Assembly (NCBI GenBank): GCA_963827505.1
Contig: CAWHBD010000001.1
Span: 2,310,663-2,374,662 of the forward strand
Source of the DNA: an uncultured Candidatus Rokubacteria bacterium
GTDB lineage: Bacteria; Methylomirabilota; Methylomirabilia; Rokubacteriales; CSP1-6
Length of the DNA stretch: 64,000 bases
Reading direction: 5' to 3'
The translations under genes were made by a program, and so were the position numbers. Every line of letters starts with the position of its first letter. Position 1 is the stretch's first letter. The notes beneath the pieces were generated by a model that had not been told where the DNA came from, did no database searches, and worked only from the letters and a program-made list of their open reading frames with translations. Below, in pieces: positions 29,787 to 39,384 of this stretch.

Positions 29787-30265
29787 TGACGGAGTTTGCC
29801 AGCCCGACCGTGCGGCGGGTGCAGGCCGCGCTGCAGGCGCTGGGGCTGGGCCACGAGATCGTCGACCTCGGGCTCTCGGCCCGCACCGCCGCCGACGCCG
29901 CCGGCGCCGTCGGCTGCCGGGTCGACCAGATCGCCAAGTCGCTCGTCTTCCGCCTGCGCGAGTCGGGGCGCGCGCTGCTCGTCGTCACCAGCGGCACCCA
30001 CCGGGTGAACGAGGCGCGAGTCGCCGCACTCGTCGGCGAGCCGCTCGACCGCGCCGACGCCGACTTCGTGCGGGCGGAGACGGGCTTCGCGATCGGCGGG
30101 GTGGCCCCGGTCGGTCACGTCAAGCCGGTGGTGACGCTCATCGACGAGCACCTGCTGACCTTCGAGGAGATCTGGGCCGCCGCCGGCCATCCCAACACGG
30201 TGTTCCGGCTGCGGCCGGCCGACCTCGTGACCATGACGGGCGGGCGCGTGGCCACCGTGGCCTGA
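29786..30265 (+). CDS. YbaK/EbsC-type aminoacyl-tRNA editing (deacylase) domain protein
   Basis: MTEFASPTVRRVQAAL...DQIAKSLVFR...LLVVTSGTHRVN...GFAIGGVAPVGH. The start overlaps the previous stop (TGATG). Confidence 0.85.
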   Translation: MTEFASPTVRRVQAALQALGLGHEIVDLGLSARTAADAAGAVGCRVDQIAKSLVFRLRESGRALLVVTSGTHRVNEARVAALVGEPLDRADADFVRAETGFAIGGVAPVGHVKPVVTLIDEHLLTFEEIWAAAGHPNTVFRLRPADLVTMTGGRVATVA

Positions 30266-30291
30266 ACGTTCCGGCCTACCCGGGCTCACGG

Positions 30292-30297
30292 TAGAAT
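30292..30297 (+). promoter_or_regulatory. Possible -10 element TAGAAT 6 nt upstream of the GTG start of the peptidase gene
   Basis: cggTAGAATggcccgGTG. There is no SD. Confidence 0.25.
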
Positions 30298-30303
30298 GGC
30301 CCG

Positions 30304-32040
30304 GTGAGCCGCCGCAGCATCACGCTGCTCCCCGTCGTCCTCGCGCTCCTCGCCTCCGTCGCCGTCGCCGGTCCGGCACTCGTCCCGCCCAGTGCGGGCG
30401 AGCTGAAGGCGGCCGCCGACACGCTCACCGGCCCCGGCATGGAGGGACGCCGCTCCGGCACACCGGGCGGCGACCTCGCCGCCCGCCAGCTCGCCGACTG
30501 GCTGAAGGCGGCGGGCCTGCGGCCGGGCGGCGAGGGCGAGTCGTTCTTCCAGTCGTTCGTCGTCGCCACCGGGGCGCGCATCGCGGCCGGGACCTCGCTG
30601 CGATCGCTGGCCGGCGGAGCGCCGGGGATCGAGACCGGTCGCGACTGGACGCCGCACGGCGGGTCGCTGCGCGACACCGTCACCGGCGAGGTCGTCTTCG
30701 TCGGCTACGGGATCAGCGCGCCCGAGGCTGGCTACGACGACTGGGTCGGCGTGGACGCGCGCGGGCGCATCGCGGTCGCGCTGGAGGGCGCGCCGCCGCA
30801 CCTGGCCGGCCCCCGGCCGAGCCGGCTCGACAAGCTCATCGCCGCGCGCCGCGCGGGCGCCGGGGCGCTGCTGATCGTCGCCGACCGGTTGCCGTCGCTG
30901 GTCGCGACCGCCACCGCGGTGCGCCTCGTCTCCGGCGCGCTGACGCCGGCCGGCGCCGACACGCTGCTGGCCCCGGCCGGCATCACCACCGCGCGGCTGG
31001 CCCAGTCGATCGCCGAGCGACGAGCCCCGGCCTCGCTGGCGATCGGCGTCACCGCCGAGGTCCGGGTGGCGCTGGAGGCCGCCGACCGTACCGCCGTCAA
31101 CGTGGTCGGCGTGCTGCCCGGCCGCGATCCCGCGCGCGCGGCCGAGGCCGTCGTGCTCGGCGCCCACTACGATCACCTCGGCGTGGTGGGCGGCACGCTC
31201 CACCCCGGCGCCGACGACAACGCCTCCGGCACCGCCGTCGTCGTCGGCCTCGCTCGGGCGTTCGCCGCCGCCGGCCCGCTCGACCGCACGCTGGTCTTCG
31301 CGCTGTTCGGCGCCGAGGAGATCGGCCTCGTCGGCTCCGGCCATTACGTGCGCCAGCCGGCAGTCCCGATCGACCGCACGGTGGCCATGCTGAACTTCGA
31401 CATGGTCGGACGCCTGGGCGGCGGCAAGCTCACGGTGGGCGGCGTCGAGAGCGGCCGCGGTCTGCGCGACATCGTCGGCGAGGCGGCGCGCGCGCTCGCG
31501 GTGGGCGTGAACCTGCGCGACTCGCCGTTCGGCCCCTCCGATCACACCCGCTTCTACGACGCGGGGACGCCGGCCCTGTTCTTCCACACCGGCGCCCACG
31601 CCGACTACCACCGGCCCGGCGACACCGCCGACAAGCTCGACGCCGTCGGCATGGCCCGGGTGGCCGCGGTGGGCGCGCGGGTCACCGAGCGGCTGGCCGC
31701 GGGCGACCGCCCGGCCTACGTGACGCTCACGCGTCCGAACCGCGGGCGGGAGCGCCGCGAGGCGGGCGCGGCGGCCCCCGTCTTCCTCGGCGTGGGCGGC
31801 GAGGGCGGCAGCGAGGCGGACGGGCTACGGCTCTCCCGCATCGTGCCCGACAGCGCCGCCGCCCGGGCCGGGCTGCGGGAGGGCGACGTTCTCGTGCGCA
31901 TCGACGAGCGCGCGCTGAACGGCCTCGAGGACCTGCTGGCCGCGCTGCGCACCCACCGGAGCGGCGATCAGGTCCGCCTCCGCTATCTCCGCGACGGCCT
32001 CGAACACGACACGGCGGCGACGCTGGACGCCCGCCCCTGA
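30304..32040 (+). CDS. Secreted M28-family aminopeptidase with C-terminal PDZ domain
   Basis: Signal peptide MSRRSITLLPVVLALLASVAVAG. M28 motifs HYDHLG, GADDNASG, FGAEEIGLVGS, SDHTRFY. PDZ-like segment GLRLSRIVPDSAAARAGLREGDVLVRI. Confidence 0.85.
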   Translation: MSRRSITLLPVVLALLASVAVAGPALVPPSAGELKAAADTLTGPGMEGRRSGTPGGDLAARQLADWLKAAGLRPGGEGESFFQSFVVATGARIAAGTSLRSLAGGAPGIETGRDWTPHGGSLRDTVTGEVVFVGYGISAPEAGYDDWVGVDARGRIAVALEGAPPHLAGPRPSRLDKLIAARRAGAGALLIVADRLPSLVATATAVRLVSGALTPAGADTLLAPAGITTARLAQSIAERRAPASLAIGVTAEVRVALEAADRTAVNVVGVLPGRDPARAAEAVVLGAHYDHLGVVGGTLHPGADDNASGTAVVVGLARAFAAAGPLDRTLVFALFGAEEIGLVGSGHYVRQPAVPIDRTVAMLNFDMVGRLGGGKLTVGGVESGRGLRDIVGEAARALAVGVNLRDSPFGPSDHTRFYDAGTPALFFHTGAHADYHRPGDTADKLDAVGMARVAAVGARVTERLAAGDRPAYVTLTRPNRGRERREAGAAAPVFLGVGGEGGSEADGLRLSRIVPDSAAARAGLREGDVLVRIDERALNGLEDLLAALRTHRSGDQVRLRYLRDGLEHDTAATLDARP

Positions 32041-32051
32041 GAGGACCCGGC

Positions 32052-33662
32052 ATGGCCGACCAGGACCCGCGGGACGCCGCCACGCTCGGCGAGATGATGC
32101 GCCGGCGTGCCGCCGCCTCGCCCGAGACGCAGTACTTCTCGCTATTCGACGAGACGGTGACCTACGGGCGGCTGTGGGCCCAGGCCGGGCGCTACGCGGC
32201 CGGGCTGGCCCGCGCCGGCGTGCGGGCCGGCGACAAGGTCGCGCTGATCTACCCGACCTGCGCCGAGTTCTTCTACACGTTCTTCGGCTGCACGCGGCTG
32301 GGCGCCGTGCCGGTGCCCCTCTACCCGACGCTCGGTGTCGAAGCCACCGGCGGCGTGCTGCGCAACTCCGACGCGGTGGTCGTCGCCACCATCGGGTGGT
32401 TCCGGCCCGGCGTGGACGAGAGCGTGGCGCTGGCCCCCAACGTGCGCGGGATCGTCGAGCCCAACGACCTCGACGTCGAGGCGCCGGCGCCGCCCGACCA
32501 TCCGGCCGGTCCGGATGATCTCGCTTTCATCCAGTACACCTCGGGCAGCACCGGCCAGCCGCGCGGCGTGATGCTCACCCACGCCAACGTCATGGCCACG
32601 TGCCGCTTCATGTCGGAGGCCGCCGCGATCACGGTGGAGGACCGGGTGGTGTCGTGGCTGCCGCTCTATCACGACATGGGGTTGATCGGCTGCGCCTTCA
32701 CGCCGCCACTCACCGCCACCCCGCTGTGGCTGCTGCCGCCCGACCTGCGCAACCCCCGGGTATGGCTGGAGCTCGTCACGCGGATCAAGGCCACCTTCAC
32801 CGTCTCGCCCGACTTCGGCTACCGCAACTGCGTGCGCCACGTGCGCGATACCACCGACCTCGACCTGACGTCGCTGAAGGCGGCGCTGTCCGGCGCCGAG
32901 CCGGTGCGGCAGTCCACCATCGAGTCGTTCGAGCGCCACTTCGGCCTCAAGCGGGTGATCTGCCCGTGCTACGGCCTGGCCGAGGCGACGCTGGCCGTGG
33001 CCATCTGGCCGCGTAACACCCCGCTGCGCACCGACGCCAGCGGGCGGTTCCTCTCGGTGGGCCGGCCCTGTCGGGGCGTGTCGGTGCGGATCATGGAGCC
33101 GGTAGGCGACGGCGCCACCGGCGAGGCCATCCTGGACGACGGCGTCGAGGGCGAGGTGTGCGTGAAGAGCCCCGGCGTGATGAAGGGCTACTACAAGAAC
33201 CCGGAGGCGACGGCGCGGGTGCTGGGCCCGGACGGCTGGCTGCGCACCGGCGACCTCGGCTTCATCGACGACGAGGGCTACCTGTTCATCACCGGCCGCA
33301 TCAAGGACGTGATCATCCTGGGCGGCGAGAACGTCCTGCCTGCCGACATCGAGGAGGTCGTCGACCACGTGCCGGGCGTGCGCTACTCGGCGGCGGTCGG
33401 CCTCGATAGCGAGCGGTCCGGCACCCAGCGGCTGCACGTCGTGGCCGAGGTGCGCAACGAGTCGGGCGGCGAGGCCGAGTACCGCGACCTAGTGCGCGAG
33501 ATCGTCAGCCGGGTGCACCAGGCGCGCGGCCACCGGCCGGCCCGTGTGCTGCTCGTCCGCTCCGGCACCATCCCCAAGACCTCCAGCGGCAAGCTGCAGC
33601 GCTCGCGGCTGGCCCAGATGATCCAGGCCGACGAGCTGCGGGCGGCGCTGGTGCACGCGTGA
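32052..33662 (+). CDS. AMP-dependent synthetase/ligase, fatty-acyl-AMP-ligase (FAAL)-like
   Basis: AFIQYTSGSTGQPRGVMLTHANV..., YGLAEATL, TGDLGFIDDEGYLFITGRIKD, SGKLQR. Confidence 0.8.
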   Translation: MADQDPRDAATLGEMMRRRAAASPETQYFSLFDETVTYGRLWAQAGRYAAGLARAGVRAGDKVALIYPTCAEFFYTFFGCTRLGAVPVPLYPTLGVEATGGVLRNSDAVVVATIGWFRPGVDESVALAPNVRGIVEPNDLDVEAPAPPDHPAGPDDLAFIQYTSGSTGQPRGVMLTHANVMATCRFMSEAAAITVEDRVVSWLPLYHDMGLIGCAFTPPLTATPLWLLPPDLRNPRVWLELVTRIKATFTVSPDFGYRNCVRHVRDTTDLDLTSLKAALSGAEPVRQSTIESFERHFGLKRVICPCYGLAEATLAVAIWPRNTPLRTDASGRFLSVGRPCRGVSVRIMEPVGDGATGEAILDDGVEGEVCVKSPGVMKGYYKNPEATARVLGPDGWLRTGDLGFIDDEGYLFITGRIKDVIILGGENVLPADIEEVVDHVPGVRYSAAVGLDSERSGTQRLHVVAEVRNESGGEAEYRDLVREIVSRVHQARGHRPARVLLVRSGTIPKTSSGKLQRSRLAQMIQADELRAALVHA

Positions 33663-34543
33663 TGGAGATCGGCGCTCACCTGCCCGTCTACGGCGCGGCG
33701 GCCACGCGCGAGGGCATCACGCTCGTCGCGCGGCGGGTCGAGGCGCTGGGATTCGACTCGCTGTGGGTGAGCGACCACGTGGTGATCCCGTGGGAGATCC
33801 GCTCGCGCTACCCTTACAACGCGACCGGCGACTTCCCGCTGTCGCCCGCCACCGATTTCCTGGAGCCGCTGACCGCGCTCACGCTGGCCGCGGCGGTGAC
33901 CGCGCGGGTGCGCCTGGGCACCAGCGTGCTGGTGCTGCCCCACCGTCATCCCGTGCTCACCGCCAAGATGCTGGCCACGCTCGACCACCTGGCCCCGGGC
34001 CGGGTGATCCTGGGCGCCGGCGTCGGCTGGATGCGCGAGGAGATCGAGCTGTTCGGCGTGCCCTACGGGCGTCGCGGGGCCTGGACCGACGAGGCCATCG
34101 CGGTCATGCGCGCCTGCTGGCGGGACGACCGCGTCTCCCACCGGGGCGAGTTCTTCAGCTTCGAGAACCTGGGCTGCCGGCCGCGCCCCGCCCGCGGGAC
34201 GATTCCAATCTGGATCGGCGGCCACACCGACCGGGCGCTGAAGCGCGTCGCGACACTGGGCGACGGCTGGCACGCGGCGTTCCCCACGCCGGCGGCGCTC
34301 GGCGAGGGCATCGCCCGCCTTCGCGCCGCCTGCCAGGCGATCGGCCGCGACCCGGCCGCGCTCACGATCAGCGCGCGGCTCGGCCTCTCCGCCAAGCGCC
34401 CCGCTGACGACCTGCTGGCCGAGCTGCGCGCGCTGAGCGATCTCGGCGTCGCCCACGTGATCCTCGAGTCGCGGATGCGCGACGTCGCCGAGATGACGGA
34501 CATCTACGAGCGCTTCGCCACCGAGGTGCGCGCGCGCCTCTAG
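33659..34543 (+). CDS. Luciferase-like monooxygenase family, F420-dependent-type oxidoreductase
   Basis: GFDSLWVSDHV...LGTSVLVLPHRHPVLTAKMLATLDHLAPGRVILGAGVGW. ATGA overlap with the ligase stop. Confidence 0.85.
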   Translation: MMEIGAHLPVYGAAATREGITLVARRVEALGFDSLWVSDHVVIPWEIRSRYPYNATGDFPLSPATDFLEPLTALTLAAAVTARVRLGTSVLVLPHRHPVLTAKMLATLDHLAPGRVILGAGVGWMREEIELFGVPYGRRGAWTDEAIAVMRACWRDDRVSHRGEFFSFENLGCRPRPARGTIPIWIGGHTDRALKRVATLGDGWHAAFPTPAALGEGIARLRAACQAIGRDPAALTISARLGLSAKRPADDLLAELRALSDLGVAHVILESRMRDVAEMTDIYERFATEVRARL

Positions 34544-34559
34544 CCTTCCGGCGCGTCGG

Positions 34560-35210
34560 CTACAGCTTGGCGCCCGACTTGGCCCAGTCGTCGAGGAACT
34601 TCTTGAGGCCGATGTCGGTGAGCGGGTGCTTCATCAGCTGCTGCAGCACGTTGAACGGCATCGTGCACACGTGGGCACCCGCCTTGGCGGCGTCGACGAC
34701 GTGCAGCGGGTTGCGGATGGACGCGGCCAGCACCTGCGTCTTGAATCCGTAGTTGCGATAGATCTCGCAGATGTCGCGGATCAGGTCCATGCCGACGTGG
34801 GCAATGTCGTCCAGGCGGCCGAGGAACGGGCTGATGTAAGTCGCGCCCGCCTTGGCGCTCAGCAGCGCCTGCGGCGCCGAGAAGCACAGCGTCTGGTTGA
34901 GGCGGATGCCCTTGCCGGACAGGTACTTCACGGCCTTGAGGCCGTCCTGGGTGAGCGGCACCTTCACGACGGCGTTGGGGGCCACCTGGGCCAGTTCCTG
35001 GCCCTCCTTGATCATGCCCTCGAAATCGGTGGCCACGACTTCCAGGCTGACGTCGCCGGGGACGATCGAGCAGATCTCCTCGACGAGCGGCCGGAAGGGA
35101 CGCTTCTCCTTGGCGATGAGCGATGGGTTGGTGGTGACGCCGTCGACCACGCCGATCGCCACCCCTTCCTTGATCTCGGCGACGTTCGCGGTGTCGAGAA
35201 AGATCTTCAT
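34560..35210 (-). CDS. Short (216 aa) transaldolase / fructose-6-phosphate aldolase family protein
   Basis: [16 protein letters not shown]...[14 protein letters not shown]...VKVP. Confidence 0.88.
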   Translation of the reverse strand: MKIFLDTANVAEIKEGVAIGVVDGVTTNPSLIAKEKRPFRPLVEEICSIVPGDVSLEVVATDFEGMIKEGQELAQVAPNAVVKVPLTQDGLKAVKYLSGKGIRLNQTLCFSAPQALLSAKAGATYISPFLGRLDDIAHVGMDLIRDICEIYRNYGFKTQVLAASIRNPLHVVDAAKAGAHVCTMPFNVLQQLMKHPLTDIGLKKFLDDWAKSGAKL

Positions 35211-35232
35211 GCGTGCCCCCCTGTCGAGAGAA

Positions 35233-35604
35233 TCAGGCCGCCTCTATCCTAACGCGACTTCCCGCGCGGACCTTGGTGAATGCCCGGGCGTCGCCGACCA
35301 CGCGACCGACGACGTTCACCGGGCTGGCCGGGCGGATCTCGTCGCCCCGGCTCATCGGCGTGGGCCCGAAGAAGATGCAGAAGGCCTGGCCGGGCGGCCA
35401 GTAGCCGAGGTCGCCCAGCTCGACGACCTCGCGCGGTGACTCCCCGGCCAGCGCCTGCCCGATGTCGAAGTAGATCTCGTCGCCCCAGGTCTCGGCCTTG
35501 GCCTCGATCGGCAGCCGGGCCGCGATGGCGGTCGCCGTGCGGGAGTCGTTCAGCTCGGCATCGACGGTCACCGAGCCGGCCGTGATGCGGATCGGGCGCG
35601 CCAT
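35233..35604 (-). CDS. Cyclophilin-like-fold small protein of unknown function
   Basis: [46 protein letters not shown]...[20 protein letters not shown]. Confidence 0.6.
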   Translation of the reverse strand: MARPIRITAGSVTVDAELNDSRTATAIAARLPIEAKAETWGDEIYFDIGQALAGESPREVVELGDLGYWPPGQAFCIFFGPTPMSRGDEIRPASPVNVVGRVVGDARAFTKVRAGSRVRIEAA

Positions 35605-35610
35605 CAACGG

Positions 35611-38454
35611 CTACCGCAGGGCCTGCTCGACGGCCTTGCGCAGCGCCGTCAGCCCCGCCTTCACGTCGGGGCCCAGGTGCACGCGCAGGGCCCGGCGGTC
35701 GCGATCGCCGAGCACTTGCAGATCTCCTCGGGCCTGGGCCGCCTTGACCACGCCGAAGGTGTACGTCTGGCCGGGCACTGGCACGTCGGCGGTGTCGTCG
35801 GCGGTGATCTGCAGAAAGACGCCGGTGTTGGCGCCACCCTTGTAGGCCTGCCCGCTCGAGTGCAGGTAGCGGGGGCCGAAGCCGACCGAGGTCGCGACCT
35901 TGAGCCGATCGCGGATGGCCACGCGGAGGGCCTGGACCTCGGCCTCGGTAGCCGCGTTCATCTCGAGGAAGGGCAGCAGGGCCACGTAGTCGCCGACCTT
36001 GGCCCGGCCCAGGTGGGCACGGAGGGCGTCGGCCACCGACGTGCCGCTGCCGAGCGCGCCGGCGTTGCGGGCGTCGGCGTACAGCGCGAGCCCGTCGCCC
36101 TCCCGGAACGGCGTCTGGGCGGCGAGCGCGCCCGTCTTGCCGTACTCGCCGGTGAGCTTGCGGGCGACGATCTTGGCTCCCTCGATGTCGGGCTGGTCGA
36201 ACGGGTTGATGCCGAGGACGGCACCCGCCACCGCGGCGGCGAACTGCCAGCGGAAGAACTCGCCGCCGAGGTCGTAGGGGTCGTTGACAGCGATGCGGAC
36301 CACCGGCTGCCCGGCACCCAACAGCGCGGCCACCGCGGCGTCCTGGCCGGCATCGGGTGCTGACTCCAGCCGCAGGTGGACGATCAGCCGATCGGCGCCG
36401 TAGACGGCCGGCTCTCCCAGCGGCTCGCCGTCCACCACCAGCACGCCGCGGCCAAGCTTGCCGAGCGAGGCGGTGAGCAGCTGCTCGACCCAGGTGCCGA
36501 GCGCCCGGATGGCCGGCGAGACGACCAGCGTGACCTTGTCGCGGCCTCGCTTGGCCAGCACGCCGATCACGATGCCGAGCACCGCGCCGGGGTTCTCCTC
36601 AACCGGCACCGCCGCCGCGCAGCTGTGCACCATCTCGTCGGCCTGGCCGAGGAGCCTGGCGATGTCCAGCCCGATCATCGCACCGGGCACCATCCCGAAG
36701 TCGCTGAGCGCGGAGAACCGCCCCCCCAGCGAGGGCAGGCCGAAGAAGATCCGCCGGAACCGGTCGGCCTCGGCCACGTACTGCATCTTCGACTCGGGGT
36801 CGGTGATGGCGATGAAGCGGCGCCCGACCTCGGCCGGGCCCACCACCGCCTTCACCGCCTCGAAGAAGTGCCGCTTGAGCGCGTTCGGCTCCAGCGTGCT
36901 GCCCGACTTGCTGGAGACGATGAAGAGCGTCTTGGTGAGGTCGAGCCCCTTCTCCACCGCCCGGATCTGGGCGGGATCGGTCGAGTCGAGGACGCGCAGC
37001 TCCGGGAAGCCGGCCGCCTGGCCGAGCGTGCGGGCCAGTGCGTCGGCGCCGAGGACGGTGCCGCCCATGCCCAGCAGCACGGCGTGGGTGAAGCCGGCCG
37101 CGCGCACGTTCTCGGCGGCCTGGCGCAGGTGATCGACGTGGGCGAGCTGGTCGTCGGTGGCGCCCAGCCAGCCGAGCCGGCGGCTCTCGTCGGCGCTGGT
37201 CCACAAGGTGGCATCGCGCGCCCACAGCCGGTGCACCTTGGCGCCATCCGCCCACTCCTTGAGCACGGCGCGGACCTCGGTCGTGAGCGGCTCCGGCAGC
37301 GTCCACGTCTGGCGCTTGATCGCCTCCGAGGGCGTGCGCAGGCGCTTGGTGACGGCGGCCAGCAGCTTGGCGAAGGCGTCGACGAAGATCTTCACGCCGT
37401 CGGCGAGGAGCTGGTCGGCGATCGGCTTGAACGCGATGCCGACCTCGGCCAGCGTGTCCATCGTGTGATGGGCGTCCTCGAGATCGTCCTCCAGGCTTGG
37501 CTGGGGGCGGCCGTGGTCGCGGAACGCGTCATAGGTGGCGGGCGGAATCGTGTTGACGGTGTCGGCCCCGATCAGCTCCTCCACGTAGATGACGTCGCGG
37601 AAGTTCGGGTTCTTGGTGCTGGTGCTGGCCCACAGCAGCCGCTGGGTGCGGGCGCCGCGGTTGCCCAGCGCCGCCCACCGCGGCCCGGTGTAGATCTCCT
37701 TGTAGCGCTGGTAGGTCAGCTTCGCGTTGGCGATGGCGACCCGACCCAGCAGCCCCTTGAGCATCCCCTGCTCCAGCGTGCTCTCGGTGGCCTTCAGCCG
37801 CGCGTCGATGAGGGCGTCGACGGCGCTGTCGATGCGGCTGATGAAGAAGCTGGCCACGCTCTCGACCCGGCTCGGATCACCGCCCTTGGCCGCGAACGCC
37901 TCCAGCCCCGCGATGTACGCCTCGGCCACCGCCTCGTAGGCCTCCAGCGCGAACAGCAAGGTGACGTTGACGTTGATGCCGTCGCCAATGAGGGCCTTGA
38001 TGGCCGGGATGCCGGCCGGGGTGGCCGGCACCTTGATCATCACGTTGACGCGGTCGACCGCCTTCCACAGGCGGCGGGCCTCGTCGAGGGTGCCCTGGGT
38101 GTCGTGAGCGAGGTCGGGCGAGACCTCCAGGCTGACGTAGCCGTCGCGCTTGCCGCTCGACTCGTAGATCGGGCGCAGGATGTCGGCGACGTCCTGGATG
38201 TCGTGGATGGCCAGGATCTCGTAGGCCGCCTTGGCGTCGAGGTCGCGCCGCTTCGTCAGCTCCTTGAGCTGGCCCTCGTAGTCGGTGGAGCCGGCGATGG
38301 CCTTCTCGAAGATGGCCGGATTGGAGGTGACGCCGCGCAGCCCGTCCTCGTCCAGGAGCCTCCGCAGCTCGCCGCCCGTGATCAGGCTCCGCCTGATGTA
38401 GTCGAGCCACACGGACTGGCCGTAGCGCTGAAGCTCTGTCAAGGGATTGGGCAT
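35611..38454 (-). CDS. Bifunctional transaldolase / glucose-6-phosphate isomerase
   Basis: The N-terminal MPNPLTELQRYGQSVWLDYIRR...GVTSNPAIFEKAI...KVPAT is transaldolase. The C-terminal half has the PGI-type segment ...FIVSSKSGSTLEP.... SD AGGAGG precedes the ATG at 38454. Confidence 0.88.
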   Translation of the reverse strand: MPNPLTELQRYGQSVWLDYIRRSLITGGELRRLLDEDGLRGVTSNPAIFEKAIAGSTDYEGQLKELTKRRDLDAKAAYEILAIHDIQDVADILRPIYESSGKRDGYVSLEVSPDLAHDTQGTLDEARRLWKAVDRVNVMIKVPATPAGIPAIKALIGDGINVNVTLLFALEAYEAVAEAYIAGLEAFAAKGGDPSRVESVASFFISRIDSAVDALIDARLKATESTLEQGMLKGLLGRVAIANAKLTYQRYKEIYTGPRWAALGNRGARTQRLLWASTSTKNPNFRDVIYVEELIGADTVNTIPPATYDAFRDHGRPQPSLEDDLEDAHHTMDTLAEVGIAFKPIADQLLADGVKIFVDAFAKLLAAVTKRLRTPSEAIKRQTWTLPEPLTTEVRAVLKEWADGAKVHRLWARDATLWTSADESRRLGWLGATDDQLAHVDHLRQAAENVRAAGFTHAVLLGMGGTVLGADALARTLGQAAGFPELRVLDSTDPAQIRAVEKGLDLTKTLFIVSSKSGSTLEPNALKRHFFEAVKAVVGPAEVGRRFIAITDPESKMQYVAEADRFRRIFFGLPSLGGRFSALSDFGMVPGAMIGLDIARLLGQADEMVHSCAAAVPVEENPGAVLGIVIGVLAKRGRDKVTLVVSPAIRALGTWVEQLLTASLGKLGRGVLVVDGEPLGEPAVYGADRLIVHLRLESAPDAGQDAAVAALLGAGQPVVRIAVNDPYDLGGEFFRWQFAAAVAGAVLGINPFDQPDIEGAKIVARKLTGEYGKTGALAAQTPFREGDGLALYADARNAGALGSGTSVADALRAHLGRAKVGDYVALLPFLEMNAATEAEVQALRVAIRDRLKVATSVGFGPRYLHSSGQAYKGGANTGVFLQITADDTADVPVPGQTYTFGVVKAAQARGDLQVLGDRDRRALRVHLGPDVKAGLTALRKAVEQALR

Positions 38455-38528
38455 CCTGGCCTCCTGGGCACGATCGAGACGGCTAGTCTGGCAAGTCGGC
38501 TCCTGCACGTCAACCTCTGCGGCACCCC

Positions 38529-39374
38529 TCAGCGACGGCGAGCGCGATACGCCTCCAGCGCCGCGGCCAGCGTGGCCGCGTCCGGTACGGTCGACCACCC
38601 CTCGCCTTCCACCGAGAGCGAGGCGGCGCAGGCAGCGGCCTCGGCCGCCTCCCAGGCATCGCCGTGGCGGTCGTAGTGGATGAGGAAGGCGGAGGCGAAG
38701 ACGTCGCCGGCGCCGGTGGGGTCGACTTCACGGGTCCGGCGCGGCCGCACCTCGTAGCGGTCGCCGTTGACGTAGAGCACGGCACCGGCGGCGCCGGCGG
38801 TGACCACCGCCAGTGGGACCCGCTGGACCCACTCGACGACCTGCGCCTCCTGCCCGCGCACGTCCTGGCCGCTCACGAAGATGGCCTGCAGGCGGGCCAG
38901 CGTGGGGTCCGGCGAGAGCCACGCGGTGGGGCTGACGGCGCCGTCGGCGCCGACCGCGCGCAGCCAGCCCTGCAGCTCGGCACCCACGCCGGCGTCGGGG
39001 AAGGCGGCGGCCAGCACGGGATCGACCTCCTGCAGCACCGGCGCCAGCAGCGCCAGCGGGGCCGGGCGCCAGTCCTCCGGCAGATCGGCGAGGCCCAGCG
39101 GCCGGGCGGCGCCGAGCACGCGCAGGGTTCGTCCCCCCTTGCCGCCGCGGTGCTCGAAGGCCGTCGTTGCCGGCGCCTCCCGGCCCACCACCTCGATCTG
39201 GCTCGGCACCTCGTCCAGCGGAAAGTCGGCCCCGTGACTGGTCAGGATCGCCGCCGTCAACCCCAGCCGATGCGCCGTGATCGCCGCATAGAGAGCAGCG
39301 CCCCCCGGACGCGTCACCCCGCCAAAGTGATCAAGGGTGACATGACCAACCGCGACGAAATCCGGCGCGCTCAC
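38529..39374 (-). CDS. PfkB-family carbohydrate kinase
   Basis: MSAPDFVAVGHVTLDHF...GGAALYAA...DPTGAGDVFASAFL. Confidence 0.8.
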   Translation of the reverse strand: MSAPDFVAVGHVTLDHFGGVTRPGGAALYAAITAHRLGLTAAILTSHGADFPLDEVPSQIEVVGREAPATTAFEHRGGKGGRTLRVLGAARPLGLADLPEDWRPAPLALLAPVLQEVDPVLAAAFPDAGVGAELQGWLRAVGADGAVSPTAWLSPDPTLARLQAIFVSGQDVRGQEAQVVEWVQRVPLAVVTAGAAGAVLYVNGDRYEVRPRRTREVDPTGAGDVFASAFLIHYDRHGDAWEAAEAAACAASLSVEGEGWSTVPDAATLAAALEAYRARRR

Positions 39375-39384
39375 ACGGATGGCC

